Shown here in pieces: positions 9,750 through 21,114 of a stretch of DNA of 64,000 nucleotides. The DNA is from Chamaesiphon sp. (GTDB lineage: Bacteria; Cyanobacteriota; Cyanobacteriia; Cyanobacteriales; Chamaesiphonaceae). The notes under the pieces were generated by a model. That model was not told where the DNA came from, made no database searches, and saw nothing but the letters and a program-made list of their open reading frames with translations. Made by a program: the position numbers and the translations under genes. The DNA lies in NCBI GenBank assembly GCA_965246715.1, contig CBDFFH010000005.1, positions 128,001 through 192,000 of the forward strand. Direction: 5' to 3'. How positions within the stretch are numbered: the first letter of the stretch is position 1; each line of letters opens with the position of its first letter.

Positions 9750-11840
9750 ATGAAGATTTTAGTAGTTGAAGACGATCTGTTAGTCGCTGACGCACTCAGA
9801 AATACACTTTCTAGTCATAATTATGCTGTTGAAGTTGCCAATGATGGTCGAGCGGCATTGGACTGTATCGAGGCATTTAAATATGACTTACTATTATTAG
9901 ATGTGATCCTGCCCAAACTCGATGGCATCAGTCTGTGCCGTCATATTCGATCGCAAGGCTATATGATGCCGATTCTGTTGCTCACCAGTAAAGATAGTAA
10001 ACACGACCGTGCCGTTGGGTTAGATGCTGGAGCGGATGATTATGTAATCAAACCTTTCGACCCAGAAGAACTCTCCGCTCGAATTCGCGCTTTATTGCGC
10101 CGTGGGAATGATAACGTTCAACCGATTTTGACGTGGAAAGACCTCACCCTCGATCCGCGTAATTGCGAGGTAACTTATCAAGATCGAGTGTTAACGCTCA
10201 CGCCCAAAGAATACGCCTTACTCGAACTATTTCTGCGACACAATCGGCGGCTATTTAGTTGTGGAGCGATCTTAGAACATTTGTGGACTTATGAAGATGC
10301 TCCCAGCGAAGAAGCTGTCCGCACGCATATTAAGGGACTCCGGCAAAAACTCAAAGGGGTCGGGGCACCACACAATCTCGTCGAAACCGTCTATGGGATC
10401 GGCTATCGGCTCAAAGCCTTCGACCAGATTCCGCTCCAACAGGATATTACACTCGGCGATATCTCAGTCTCTAAGCAAGAGCAGTGGCTAGTTCCAGCAA
10501 GTGGGAAAATTGCTGCCGAGGTTGCAAATCAGAGCGTCACCACCAGCCCCCAAGTTGCCCCAGCAAGCTCGCCACCAGCAGCACAGCTACCGTCGACCCC
10601 CATACCGCGATCGAGTGAGCTGAAACCGGCCCAGCCAAATGGTAGCCAAGTTAGGGCGACAGCGAGTACCCCATCAATGTTGGTGGAAATTTGGAATCGT
10701 CATTACGCTCAAATGAGCGATCGAGTCGAGACCATCGAACGGGCGATTGCAGCGCTGCAATCGCAATCGCTCACTGCCCAAGCACGCCTCCAAGCTTGGC
10801 AATCGGCCCACACGCTAGCAGGTGCCTTAGGTACCTTTGGGTTGCCACTCGGTTCCCAAGCTGCCAAGCAGATCGAATTATTACTCGATGCCAAGACCGA
10901 GCTGACTTTGGCTCAGTTTCCGCAATTACAAACCAAAGTTATCGAGTTGCGGCAAGAGATTTCCAGCAAAATGGTAGTCCCCGAGCCGGAAATCGCCCCG
11001 CCACCTCAACCGATTGGCGCAGCGGCGATGCAAAAAGATCGATTGCTGGTCGTTACTAAAGAATCAGCTTTGGCAAGTTCTTTGCATGCTGCTGGGGCGG
11101 GGAAGTTTGAGATGCTGATTATGGGCGAGTTAGCCCCTGATTGCTGCACCCCAGTCCCCAAGGCAATCGTGCTCGATCTAGATTGCTTTGCCCAGAGCAC
11201 TGACTGGCTCAGAGCATTGTCAGCATTGGATCTAGATTATCCCAGCGTGCCCATTTTAGTGCTGAGTCACCGTGCCAGCTCAACTAGGTTACCCTCGGGA
11301 GGAGCGCTCGATCCTCCCGAGCCATCGCCACAACTGCGACAACGCGTTGAATTTGCTCGCAGAGGTGGCAGGATGTTTTTATCCAAACCAATCGCTGCTG
11401 AGGAGATTTTACAGGCGATCGATCGAGTATTGCACCCAGTCACTGTCAAACAAGCCAGGATCGCGATTGTAGATGACGATCTCATCTTATTGGAGGGGCT
11501 GACCGCGTTATTATCTCGAGCGAATATGATGGTGACGACGCTATCAGAACCCAGTCGGTTCTGGGAGACGCTAGAAGCTGCCAAGCCCGATTTGCTAATT
11601 CTCGATCTGGATATGCCAACCTACAATGGGATCGAACTTTGTCGAGCGGTACGTACCGATCCGCAGTGGGCAACTTTACCGATTATGTTTCTCACCGCGC
11701 ACACGGCGACAATCGCGATCGATCGGGTATTTGCGGCTGGTGCCGATGATTTTGTAACTAAACCTGCGATCGCATCCGAACTCGTGACCCGAATCGTCAA
11801 TCGGCTCGAACGGAGCGCTGGGCGCACCAGCTCTAAGTAG
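9750..11840 (+). CDS. Multidomain response regulator REC-OmpR wHTH-Hpt-pseudoREC-REC (RcaC-like)
   Basis: N-terminal REC, LTPKEYALLELF...VETVYGIGYRL, Hpt AHTLAGALGTFG, C-terminal REC (ILDLDMP). Confidence 0.9.
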   Translation: MKILVVEDDLLVADALRNTLSSHNYAVEVANDGRAALDCIEAFKYDLLLLDVILPKLDGISLCRHIRSQGYMMPILLLTSKDSKHDRAVGLDAGADDYVIKPFDPEELSARIRALLRRGNDNVQPILTWKDLTLDPRNCEVTYQDRVLTLTPKEYALLELFLRHNRRLFSCGAILEHLWTYEDAPSEEAVRTHIKGLRQKLKGVGAPHNLVETVYGIGYRLKAFDQIPLQQDITLGDISVSKQEQWLVPASGKIAAEVANQSVTTSPQVAPASSPPAAQLPSTPIPRSSELKPAQPNGSQVRATASTPSMLVEIWNRHYAQMSDRVETIERAIAALQSQSLTAQARLQAWQSAHTLAGALGTFGLPLGSQAAKQIELLLDAKTELTLAQFPQLQTKVIELRQEISSKMVVPEPEIAPPPQPIGAAAMQKDRLLVVTKESALASSLHAAGAGKFEMLIMGELAPDCCTPVPKAIVLDLDCFAQSTDWLRALSALDLDYPSVPILVLSHRASSTRLPSGGALDPPEPSPQLRQRVEFARRGGRMFLSKPIAAEEILQAIDRVLHPVTVKQARIAIVDDDLILLEGLTALLSRANMMVTTLSEPSRFWETLEAAKPDLLILDLDMPTYNGIELCRAVRTDPQWATLPIMFLTAHTATIAIDRVFAAGADDFVTKPAIASELVTRIVNRLERSAGRTSSK

Positions 11841-11949
11841 CTACCATGTTGCTGCTACCGATCGAGCAATAAAAAGGAGCTTAACTTTAGGATAGCTCCA
11901 GCGATTAATTAAGATCTAAACTATTGCCGTCTTTGACTGCGATCGCTGA

Positions 11950-12639
11950 TTAACGTCGGGAAGACATCGACATGACGATCTGCAGGATATACCAGAAGAG
12001 TAGCGCGACAGAAGCAAATAGCTCCAGCGAAGCAGCAACATACTGATCGGTCGAATAGTGATTCATCACTTTAGACGTATCGTACAAGATCGCCGCTGAC
12101 GCAAAGACTACCATCGCACCGGAAAATATCAATCCCAACTGGAAACCAAAGATCGCACTGCACACAATCAAACCTAATGCGACGAAACCACCAATTTTTA
12201 AGATGCCACCCAGGAAGGTAAAATCTTTACCAGTCGTAAAAGCGATCGCGGTTAAGCCACCAAATAAGAATAGCGTCAGAATCCCCGCTGTCGGAATTAC
12301 CGAAGGATCGGAAAATCTACTCGCGATATAAATAATCGGCGCAAAAATCAAGGCTTCTGCAACCACGTAAATACCCAATCCCGCATACTGGGTATTTACC
12401 GAATCCGCTCTAGATGCTAATTCTCTAGAGAACCAACCCAATACCGCAAAGGCTGCCAAAATTGCCAACCAGCTAAACCGACTACCCATCACAAAAGTTG
12501 CGAAGGCTTCGGCAACACCAGTCTGAAATAAGACGTACTCTACACCAATAAATGCCCCGACTGCGCCAGCGAGGTGAGTATAAGTTTTTCGGATAAATAA
12601 GGCTCTTTCTTGTGGCTGGGCTTTAGCAACTGCAAACAT
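11950..12639 (-). CDS. Bax inhibitor-1/YccA family membrane protein
   Basis: About 7 TM helices; FIRKTY.HL, ILYDTS, ASLELF. Confidence 0.9.
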   Translation of the reverse strand: MFAVAKAQPQERALFIRKTYTHLAGAVGAFIGVEYVLFQTGVAEAFATFVMGSRFSWLAILAAFAVLGWFSRELASRADSVNTQYAGLGIYVVAEALIFAPIIYIASRFSDPSVIPTAGILTLFLFGGLTAIAFTTGKDFTFLGGILKIGGFVALGLIVCSAIFGFQLGLIFSGAMVVFASAAILYDTSKVMNHYSTDQYVAASLELFASVALLFWYILQIVMSMSSRR

Positions 12640-12925
12640 CAGATTTACTTCCTTAAATTTAGAACGCTTACTACTTCTAATTTAATCCAATAAATTCAAT
12701 GCTGTGGATAAATTAACACAACCTTAGCGTTTGCCTAACCTCGCCACACCGTAGGATAGTCTTCAGCAGACTCGATCGAACTATTTTAGAGATCTACTAG
12801 TAGGAAATCGCTATTGCACGCACAGCCTCTGCATAAGTGGGATGCTACCGATCGAATCTTCTGATGGGCAAAGACAGCTGCTCGGAATACAGATTAGTTC
12901 GATCGACAGAAGATCGTTGGTGAAG

Positions 12926-13073
12926 CGAGCATTAAGATCGATCGCAACTTTAAGCTGACATAGCTTTGACTGAATCGATCGATTCTCAGTCGATCGAGTA
13001 TTAATATCGATTACCTACGGTAGACTACGCCAACGTAAACCCAATCTGACATAGTTTTAACTGAATCGATCGA
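12926..13073. repeat. Imperfect ~57-bp direct repeat; the second copy carries a 22-nt insertion (13012-13033) at CGAT^CG
   Basis: Copies 12926-12982 and 12995-13073 align except for TACCTACGGTAGACTACGCCAA. Confidence 0.85.
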
Positions 13074-13109
13074 CCATCAAGAGCGATCGCTTCTAGCTTC
13101 GTTTCTGCA

Positions 13110-13210
13110 CCGCCCTCAAATGAATTAGTTGCTCATAGCAAAAGTTCGTTGAAACGAACTAAAAAATTTGGCAGTTCTCTTCAGAGAACTTGAGCTATTA
13201 GCCCGAACTT
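13110..13210. repeat. Multi-hairpin dispersed repeat
   Basis: AGTTCGTT-G-AAACGAACT and AGTTCTCT-TC-AGAGAACT hairpins bracketed by GCTCATAGC/GCTATTAGC. Confidence 0.6.
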
Positions 13211-13335
13211 ATAAACCAAATATTTACTGTATAAATATTTCTAATATCGCTCACCTTGTATCCTAAATATTCTCTACTAGATTACCCATTTCGCCAAATA
13301 CACTACCACCAAAATCCCCAGAGATGTCAAAATAA

Positions 13336-15624
<2,289 letters not shown>

Positions 15625-15730
15625 GATATTCGATCTCAGTGGTTACTATCATCCTGATAGGGATAAAGTAATTGGGACAATGCGATCGAGTGGAGTGTTT
15701 AATAATGCGATCGAACTATTCGTTTAAATA

Positions 15731-15835
15731 TGTAGGGACGGTGCCTCGTGCCCGCCCTGCATCGATATCGATCGCACCGATAATCTTGGTGCTATGTTAC
15801 AAATGGTGAGGGTACCCACAAGGGGCACCCCTACA
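15731..15835. repeat. GTAG-type REP pair upstream of the RAYT remnant
   Basis: TGTAGGGACGG...CCCGCCC and AGGGTACCCACAAGGGGCACCCCTACA; 15809-15834 is the exact reverse complement of 7735-7760. Confidence 0.8.
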
Positions 15836-15925
15836 GCTGACTGCCGGACACATCTCCGAAAAGTTAAGCTATGAAGAGGCATAGCAGGTAATAACTCGGA
15901 TAAAGGAAAAATCAAAAGCGTTTTT

Positions 15926-16160
15926 ATGTCGTACGATCCCGAAAAACATCATCGCCGATCGATTCGTATTAAAGGCTTTGATTGCAGTAGATCTGCAACC
16001 TATTTTGTAACAATTTGCGTAGAAAATAGAGAATGCTTATTTGGAAATACTTTACAGGATGGAGATGTGATAATGCTAGCGATCGAATGCTATTAAATGA
16101 CGCAGGAAAAATGGTGTTAGCTGAGTGGCTGGATTTACCATCGAGATTCCCTTGGGCGCA
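15926..16160 (+). pseudogene. REP-associated tyrosine transposase (RAYT/TnpA-REP) N-terminal remnant, frameshifted and truncated
   Basis: MSYDPEKHHRRSIRIKGFDCSRSATYFVTICVENRECLFG, then in another frame LNDAGKMVLAEWLDLPSRFP; ends before the HUH motif. Confidence 0.85.
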
Positions 16161-16329
16161 TCTAGCGGTTGTGGGAGGGGTCAAAAAGTAAAAAAGGATG
16201 AGAGAATTACTCCATCCATAACAAAAAACAAATTGACTATGACTGTACAACATCTAGAGAGCTTATATCCAGATGTAGCCGAATGGACATCAAACTGTGG
16301 ACAGTTGCCTCAAGCAACAACATTGCCTG

Positions 16330-16625
16330 AATTGGTTTGGCTACGTGAAGTCAAAGCATTGGGCTGGATTACCAGTTTGACTTATATTGGCATTGACGAT
16401 CCTGCAACCAATATTCAAAGAGTCCGCAGCAGAGTCACATTAGGCGGTCATGATGTACCCGTAGCCGATATTGTCAGGCGTTACGATCGCAGTCTTGCCA
16501 ACCTAAATAAAGCTGCCAAAATAGTCGATTCTCATTCTGAGAGGCTATGCCAACGATTAATCCTCTATGACAACTCTACCAATGCCAGATATCAACAGCG
16601 ATCGCACTCGGAGCAGAAATCTTAG
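16330..16625 (+). pseudogene. C-terminal fragment of a zeta-toxin-like/predicted ATPase (COG4185-like); 24-nt in-frame insertion at 16530-16553
   Basis: YIGIDDPATNIQRVRSRVTLGGHDVPVADIVRRYDRSLANL...LYDNS with no P-loop; SHSERLCQ is the insert. Confidence 0.75.
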
Positions 16626-17071
16626 TAATACATCTAGGGAGGACATAGACATGAATCTGTACTATGAAATTCACGGACAAGGCGAACCGATCGGCATGAG
16701 ATTTTTTCTGATGAGGGAAATATGAATAATGAATGTTAGAGTAGCCAAAAATCCATGAATGCCATCGAAATTAAGCTCCTCATCCCGAACTATGGAACTG
16801 GAATTAATATTAGTAATTCGGCTCGAATCCCTGTAACGCTCTTGACTCGATCGGGTGGCCATTGGCTGAGAGTGGCTTTCAAGCGATCGAAGCCGACGGT
16901 ATGCACGGTGCTAAATGAATGGCGGATTGCGTCCTATCCGATGCGTAATTCAACCAGAATTCTGGGCTTTGAGCTAATTACGATCGAGAACCAGAGTCTT
17001 AATTAACGCCCTGTAATCTTTTAGATTTAATTAGAATAAAATATATAGTTCTGACTACACTCTTATCAATT

Positions 17072-17566
17072 ATGTCAAATATAGATTTTCGTGCTGAAAG
17101 GCTTCGCCAACGACCGACAGAATCTGATGCTGTACTGGGAACTCAAAATCTGGTTTGCCCTAGTAGTGTAATATTAGGTGGGATTGAAGGAGTTAAAAAA
17201 CGGCTGAATAGTGAAAGCATTTATATCAAAATCTTAGCCTTGAAAGATGCCATGAACTATGGTGACGCAGGTTTGCAATTAGCGATCGAATATTTAGAAG
17301 ATGAAGAGTCTCAAATCATAGACGCGGCTTGTTCCTTATTAGAGTCGCGTCCAGAAACCTTTGTGAAAGAGCGAATCCAGCGATACTTAGACGATCGAGA
17401 ATTAGAAATTCAAGATATGAAATATTCCTGGCTAGAATCAAGTCCAAAAGCGATCGGGCAAAAGCAAACCAAAAAAAATAAAGAATCTACGCATGTCAAA
17501 GATTCTAAAACCCATTCGAGATCTGTAAGTACACCCAGCACCAAACGCTGGATCGATGCAAGTTAA
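17072..17566 (+). CDS. Hypothetical protein with cyanobacterial HEAT-like N-terminal module; 24-nt in-frame insertion at 17087-17110
   Basis: DAVLG...ILGGIEGVKKRL...ALKDAMNYGDAGLQLAIEYL. Confidence 0.75.
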   Translation: MSNIDFRAERLRQRPTESDAVLGTQNLVCPSSVILGGIEGVKKRLNSESIYIKILALKDAMNYGDAGLQLAIEYLEDEESQIIDAACSLLESRPETFVKERIQRYLDDRELEIQDMKYSWLESSPKAIGQKQTKKNKESTHVKDSKTHSRSVSTPSTKRWIDAS

Positions 17567-17626
17567 ATCGATTGAGGTAAATAGATATATTAAATATCGA
17601 TCGAGTTCAAGCATTTTCTAAATCGA

Positions 17627-20038
17627 TTAAAACATCGAGATCCGATCGAGCATCTGTAAAATCTGCTGGTAAGTTTTGCTGTCGCCACGATCGAGATAGA
17701 GATTGGCAGCTTTATGATAATCGGCGATTGCTCCAGCACGATCTCCCACTTGCAGATTGACTTTACCGCGTTGGTAATAAGCAGGAGCGTAATTGGAATC
17801 GAGCGTTAAGCTATAACTAAAATCTGCCGCTGCGCCCGCTAAATCGCCTACAATCTGACGAACGATGCCGCGTTGATAATAGGCATTGAGATAACTCGGC
17901 TGTAAATAGATCGTTTGTTGATAATCAGTTAGCGCGAAGTCATTTTCGCCGAGACTTGCCAAAATCAAACCCCGTTGATAATAAGCCAGGGCAAAGGTCG
18001 GTTTTAATTCGATCGCCACATCGAGATCTTCGATTGCCCCCTGAATATCGTCGATTTCGCTCCGAGTCACCGCGCGATTGTAGTGAGCGTTGATGTGGTT
18101 GGGATCGAAGCGGATCGTCTGGGTAAAATCGGCGATCGCACCACGCTTATCACCGAGATATTGACGCGCATTTCCGCGATGGTAATACGCATAGTAGTAT
18201 TGCGGATCGATGGCTAGGGTCTGGGTGTAATCATCGATCGCAGCTTGATGATTGCCGAGTTGGCGATGACAGATGCCCCGATTGTAATAGGCAATCAGTA
18301 ACGTCGGATCGAGACTAATCGCAAGATCGTAGTCTGCTAACGCTGCCACCAGCTCGCCTTGAATGCGATGGATATTCCCGCGATTGCTGTAGGCAACGGC
18401 GAAGTTGGGATCGAACTCGATCGATTTGCTATAGTCGGCTACGGCGGCGGCGTAATCACCCATTTGACAGTAAGCATTTGCCCGATTGTTGTAGACGCTG
18501 GTAAAATTTGGCTGAAGTACGAGCGCCTGAGTATAGTCGGCGATCGCTTCATCATATCTAGCTAGATGACTATAAACGATCGCCCGATTATTGTAGGCGA
18601 TCGGCGAGCGTGGGTCGATTGCCAGCACTGTGTTAAAATCAACGATCGCCCCATCCAGATCGCCTAAATATTGCCGCAAGTTGCCACGATTATTATAAGC
18701 AACTACCAGGCGGGGATTGAGCGCGATCGCTGTAGTATAGTCGGCAATCGCTCCATCCGAGTCATTCAACTGTGCTTTGGCAGTACCGAGCATCACGTAA
18801 TCGATCGGCGTTTGCGGACGAGCGAGTAATTCTTTGCCGCGCTCGAAATCAGCAGTTGCCGACACCTCCAAATTCTGACCGAAGCGAGTCGATAGCGCAC
18901 GTCCGATATACGCAATTCCCCGCTGGGGATCGAGGTCGATCGCCGCATTAAAATCACTCCACGAGCCTTGATAATCACCGATATAGCGCCGCGCATTCCC
19001 GCGACCGCAATAGGCATCGACACACTGCGGAGCGACGGATAAAGCCCGATCGTAAGCCTCGAGCGCTTGGAGGCAATCGCCAGTTTCATAAAATCCATCG
19101 CCGCGATCGACTAGCATTCGGATATGTTTGGCAATCTCAGCTTGACTGTGAGTTGGCTGTTGCTGTTGCGTTAGGAGCTTGGACATTACCATCACAACTG
19201 CTTGTAACGCAACAGCAATCGAGGGATAGGCACCTGTCGTCTCTGGATGCATTGCGCCATCGCGCTCGTCAAAAGTAAAAGTCAGTCGTTCGAGAATTGC
19301 GATTAATTCAGGATGATGGATATTCGTCGCGCTCTGTGGCCATTGCGCTTTCTGGTTGGCTGTTAATGGTAAATCGGTGGCATTGAGTCCGCTAGCCGCT
19401 GCGATCGCAATTTCCCCGATCGCGCGTAAGTCCCTTTGAGTTGGCGGTATGCCATCTGTAGAGTATTGTGGCAAAGCGGTGGCGAGCGGTAAATTAATCA
19501 TTACTAATTTCCGATCGACGTTCCGCCGCAGGAGTCGATCGATCGAGATCGGCTCGGGGATGATTTCGCAACTGTCGATTTGTTGCAAGATCTCTAACAG
19601 ATCGATGAGTAACATTACCAGCCGCGATTCCGTCCACGGTTGCTCTGGTACCAATTCTTGCGCGAGGGGAACGCCCCGGATAAATTCTCGCACGAGGTAA
19701 AACGCCTCGTCCTCAACGAAATAGCCATATACAGTCGGCAATCGATCGACTCGATCGTGCATTCGATCGAGCATTTGCGCGGACAGTAGCGTGCGATCCC
19801 AGCGATCGCTTGTGATTGGGACATCTGGAAGTTCGTAGCGGTGAACGACGCACTTGAGTTGGAGGTTGCCAGGAACTTGTAAATCGACAGCCAAATAGGT
19901 TGTGACTGCACCCTTACTGCCTAGTTGCTCCAGGATCTGATAACGTTTTTGAAGAGTAGATCCGATCGGATTCACTGTACTCACGCTCCTACCACTCACT
20001 TGCAAATTATCCAAAGTTCGCTGTCCGCTTGATACCAC
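17627..20038 (-). CDS. Degenerate Ser/Thr kinase-like domain plus many TPR repeats
   Basis: RYQILEQLG..TYLAVD and FYLVREFI retained, no HRD or DFG; repeated AYNNRG TPRs. Confidence 0.88.
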   Translation of the reverse strand: MVSSGQRTLDNLQVSGRSVSTVNPIGSTLQKRYQILEQLGSKGAVTTYLAVDLQVPGNLQLKCVVHRYELPDVPITSDRWDRTLLSAQMLDRMHDRVDRLPTVYGYFVEDEAFYLVREFIRGVPLAQELVPEQPWTESRLVMLLIDLLEILQQIDSCEIIPEPISIDRLLRRNVDRKLVMINLPLATALPQYSTDGIPPTQRDLRAIGEIAIAAASGLNATDLPLTANQKAQWPQSATNIHHPELIAILERLTFTFDERDGAMHPETTGAYPSIAVALQAVVMVMSKLLTQQQQPTHSQAEIAKHIRMLVDRGDGFYETGDCLQALEAYDRALSVAPQCVDAYCGRGNARRYIGDYQGSWSDFNAAIDLDPQRGIAYIGRALSTRFGQNLEVSATADFERGKELLARPQTPIDYVMLGTAKAQLNDSDGAIADYTTAIALNPRLVVAYNNRGNLRQYLGDLDGAIVDFNTVLAIDPRSPIAYNNRAIVYSHLARYDEAIADYTQALVLQPNFTSVYNNRANAYCQMGDYAAAVADYSKSIEFDPNFAVAYSNRGNIHRIQGELVAALADYDLAISLDPTLLIAYYNRGICHRQLGNHQAAIDDYTQTLAIDPQYYYAYYHRGNARQYLGDKRGAIADFTQTIRFDPNHINAHYNRAVTRSEIDDIQGAIEDLDVAIELKPTFALAYYQRGLILASLGENDFALTDYQQTIYLQPSYLNAYYQRGIVRQIVGDLAGAAADFSYSLTLDSNYAPAYYQRGKVNLQVGDRAGAIADYHKAANLYLDRGDSKTYQQILQMLDRISMF

Positions 20039-20320
20039 TCTTTCCTATTTTCACATATCGATCGAAAGATGACCTCTGTGGATTCTGCGATAAATAGGTA
20101 GCTAACTTGCGCTATTCCTGGCTTGACAACGGCGATCGGAATCATTTAGTGTAGCATCCGCCGATCGATCTGCGCCGAATTTGGGATAAATTAAGAGTAG
20201 TCAAGAATACTTCCGCTACTTGGATAAATCATGGGATTCACCCCGATGAATTTGCCGTCCAGACATGATGTGTACGAGATCGATTGAGAGTGTTGTATCC
20301 CAGATAATAGTTACGAGCGT

Positions 20321-20347
20321 CAATCCCCAATCCCCAATCCCCAATCC
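20321..20347. repeat. STRR1-type heptamer array (CCCCAAT)n
   Basis: CAATCCC about x4. Confidence 0.9.
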
Positions 20348-20441
20348 TACCTATTTGTTAACACTCGTATCTGAAATATCGACCGAAATCGATCGAGCCT
20401 TCTACAATGGGTTGTATCCTCACACCTGGAAATAGTCGATC

Positions 20442-21095
20442 GTGGAAAATACACCCAACGTACCCATCGAGCATCAAAATGTCCCCGTCGCGCATCAGGG
20501 GTTGCATGAGTTCTTATATAGTGCGGCTGACGAGCATGGCACCACGTTGGCACCGCCGCAACTGGATTTGGATGGCGATAAGATTTTACCTATAGCCCAG
20601 TGGCAGGCACTGGCCGAAAATGCGCGTGTCGCTGGGGTATATGCGGTGCTAGACAGCACCAACCAGACGCAATATATTGGGTACTCCCGCAATGTATTGA
20701 CTTCCCTCAAAGGGCATCTCATCGCACATGGTAGCGATATTTGTGCGTATGTAAGAGTGCGCTCGTTTAAATTTCCCAAGCGGGAGGAGATGGAACAGCT
20801 GCGAGATAGTTGGATTGGGGCATTAGCAACCGTTCCGCCAGGAAATGCGATCGCGGGTGGCGAATGGGCGACTACTGTAGGTGAAATTGCCGAAGCGGCG
20901 ATGTCCCCAGCGGAACGAGCAGCTTATGAAGAGAAAAAGCTCAAACTCCGACGGGCGATGGCAGATAGTGCTTTGAGTCGAGAATTGGATGCTGCACACA
21001 TAACTGACGATCGCAAGCGCGAACATTTTGCAGCGGCGATGAATGAGGATAACTGGAGTGCTGTAATTGAAGGACAAACGGCTGAAACGATCTAA
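20442..21095 (+). CDS. GIY-YIG domain protein (conserved cyanobacterial family)
   Basis: GVYAVLD...QYIGYSRN, VPPGN. Confidence 0.85.
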   Translation: MENTPNVPIEHQNVPVAHQGLHEFLYSAADEHGTTLAPPQLDLDGDKILPIAQWQALAENARVAGVYAVLDSTNQTQYIGYSRNVLTSLKGHLIAHGSDICAYVRVRSFKFPKREEMEQLRDSWIGALATVPPGNAIAGGEWATTVGEIAEAAMSPAERAAYEEKKLKLRRAMADSALSRELDAAHITDDRKREHFAAAMNEDNWSAVIEGQTAETI

Positions 21096-21114
21096 GACTC
21101 GATCGAGTTAAATC

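Noticed and set aside
16125..17006. ORFs 16125-16625 and 16755-17006 as intact genes
   Set aside because: The first is a chance read-through of unrelated fragments; the second has no recognisable motif.
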